Both the position numbers and the translations under genes were made by a program. DNA of 64,000 bases, taken from contig CAVUWA010000010.1 of the NCBI GenBank assembly GCA_963744995.1, positions 416,001 to 480,000 on the forward strand, in the 5' to 3' direction. The notes beneath the pieces were generated by a model that was given only the letters and a program-made list of their open reading frames with translations, had not been told where the DNA came from and did not search any database. Origin of the DNA: Candidatus Eiseniibacteriota bacterium (GTDB lineage: Bacteria > Eisenbacteria > RBG-16-71-46). Shown here in pieces: positions 63,146-64,000 of the stretch. Each line of letters begins with the position of its first letter. The first letter of the stretch is position 1.

Positions 63146-64000
63146 GGCGCCTCCCGGTCGATGCGCAGCGGCTGAGTCGCCACCAGCGGCGCGCCCGGTC
63201 CATCGGGCCGCACCTCGAATGCGACCACGTAGACGCCGGCGCGAAGCGACGCCGCGCTGAACGCGCGCTCGCCGCGTGCGGGAATCGGCATCTCGATGAA
63301 CGGCCGCGCCACGCGCCGCCCGGTCATGTCGTAGACCGACAGCGTCGCGAATCCGGCGGGCCAGGGCAGGTCCCAGATGATGCGCGCCGGCACTGCGGCG
63401 CTGGCGAGCCGGCGCGCGCCGAGCGCGAACGAGCCCGAGATCGGCGCGGGCAGCACCGGCGGCGTGAGCGGCGTGCCGGCGGGCGCGAGCGACGGCCACC
63501 ACGCGCCGCCGCGCAGCTCCACCGGCGTGCCGCCTGGAACACCGGAGGCCGAATACGCAAACGCGTCACTGAGCGTGCCGTCGGGCTCGACGATCCGCAC
63601 TTCGTCGGCCGTGCCGGTGGGATCGTTGCTGTTGTTGAGCGCGGGCCAGGGCGCGACCTCCCACACCCGTCCTGCGTCGAGCGCCGGGAAGTGCGCGATG
63701 AGGTCGGCACGATGCTGCGCGAACAGCACCAGGCTGTCCGCGGCGACCTCGCCCGCGCCGTCGCGCGGTGCGCCCGTGGTGCCGCTGCGGTCGGCGAGGC
63801 GGAATGGAGCCGGATCGAGCGGCGCGCCGCTCGCGTTCCGCGCCTCCACCCATTCGCCCTCGCCCGAAGCCGGGTGGAACTGGATCTCGGTGAGCACGAG
63901 CGGCCCCGGTCCCACACGCACGCGCAGGCTGTCGGCGTCATTGCCCGGTGCGTCGTCGCGCGTGACCTCGGCGCGCACGCGAATCAGGTGCTTGCCGGTC
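63142..64000 (-). CDS. Lamin-tail-domain protein with T9SS/FlgD-like C-terminal domain (5' end off the window)
   Basis: LVLTEIQF, EWVE, LNNS, GTP; LSVYDMTGRRV...AGVYVV. Confidence 0.75.
   Translation of the reverse strand, partial: TGKHLIRVRAEVTRDDAPGNDADSLRVRVGPGPLVLTEIQFHPASGEGEWVEARNASGAPLDPAPFRLADRSGTTGAPRDGAGEVAADSLVLFAQHRADLIAHFPALDAGRVWEVAPWPALNNSNDPTGTADEVRIVEPDGTLSDAFAYSASGVPGGTPVELRGGAWWPSLAPAGTPLTPPVLPAPISGSFALGARRLASAAVPARIIWDLPWPAGFATLSVYDMTGRRVARPFIEMPIPARGERAFSAASLRAGVYVVAFEVRPDGPGAPLVATQPLRIDREAP

Overview
High-GC Gram-negative bacterial chromosome segment. The gene set suggests an FCB-superphylum candidate lineage such as Eisenbacteria; this is an inference. Left to right: a PorV-family barrel / TonB-dependent receptor / CTD-bearing secreted protein module; a nucleoside salvage and uptake cluster (add, rpiB, udk, tdk, BMP-ABC transporter, PNP) with gdh, an MprF-like synthase plus esterase, and a glycogen debranching enzyme; a HEAT-cyclophilin; a C25 (PorU/gingipain-like) protein; two SurA/PrsA-like foldases interleaved with five paralogous Cys-rich secreted proteins and a dockerin-like protein; then a housekeeping block (larE, mltG, ruvX, rsbW-like, rluA, lspA, dksA-like, PNP, yggU/T/S, tmRNA, ssb, 5 tRNAs, pyk, msrB, rdgB, rph, murI, gerMN, amidase, smpB); a nucleotidyltransferase TA-like pair inside a broken secreted-protein gene; and a lamin-tail/beta-barrel cluster. 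The best candidate for an undescribed system is a short C-terminal motif, [TV]P[VT]xxx[TS]WGx[VIL]Kx[LMF]YR-stop. It ends four secreted proteins from two different families, has a decayed fifth copy, and clusters with a sortase-like C25 protein and foldases. A second pattern is a TANNNT box exactly 9 nt before SD-less ATG starts in seven genes. Clustered indels (about 24.2 kb and 56.9-59.9 kb) look like assembly errors.
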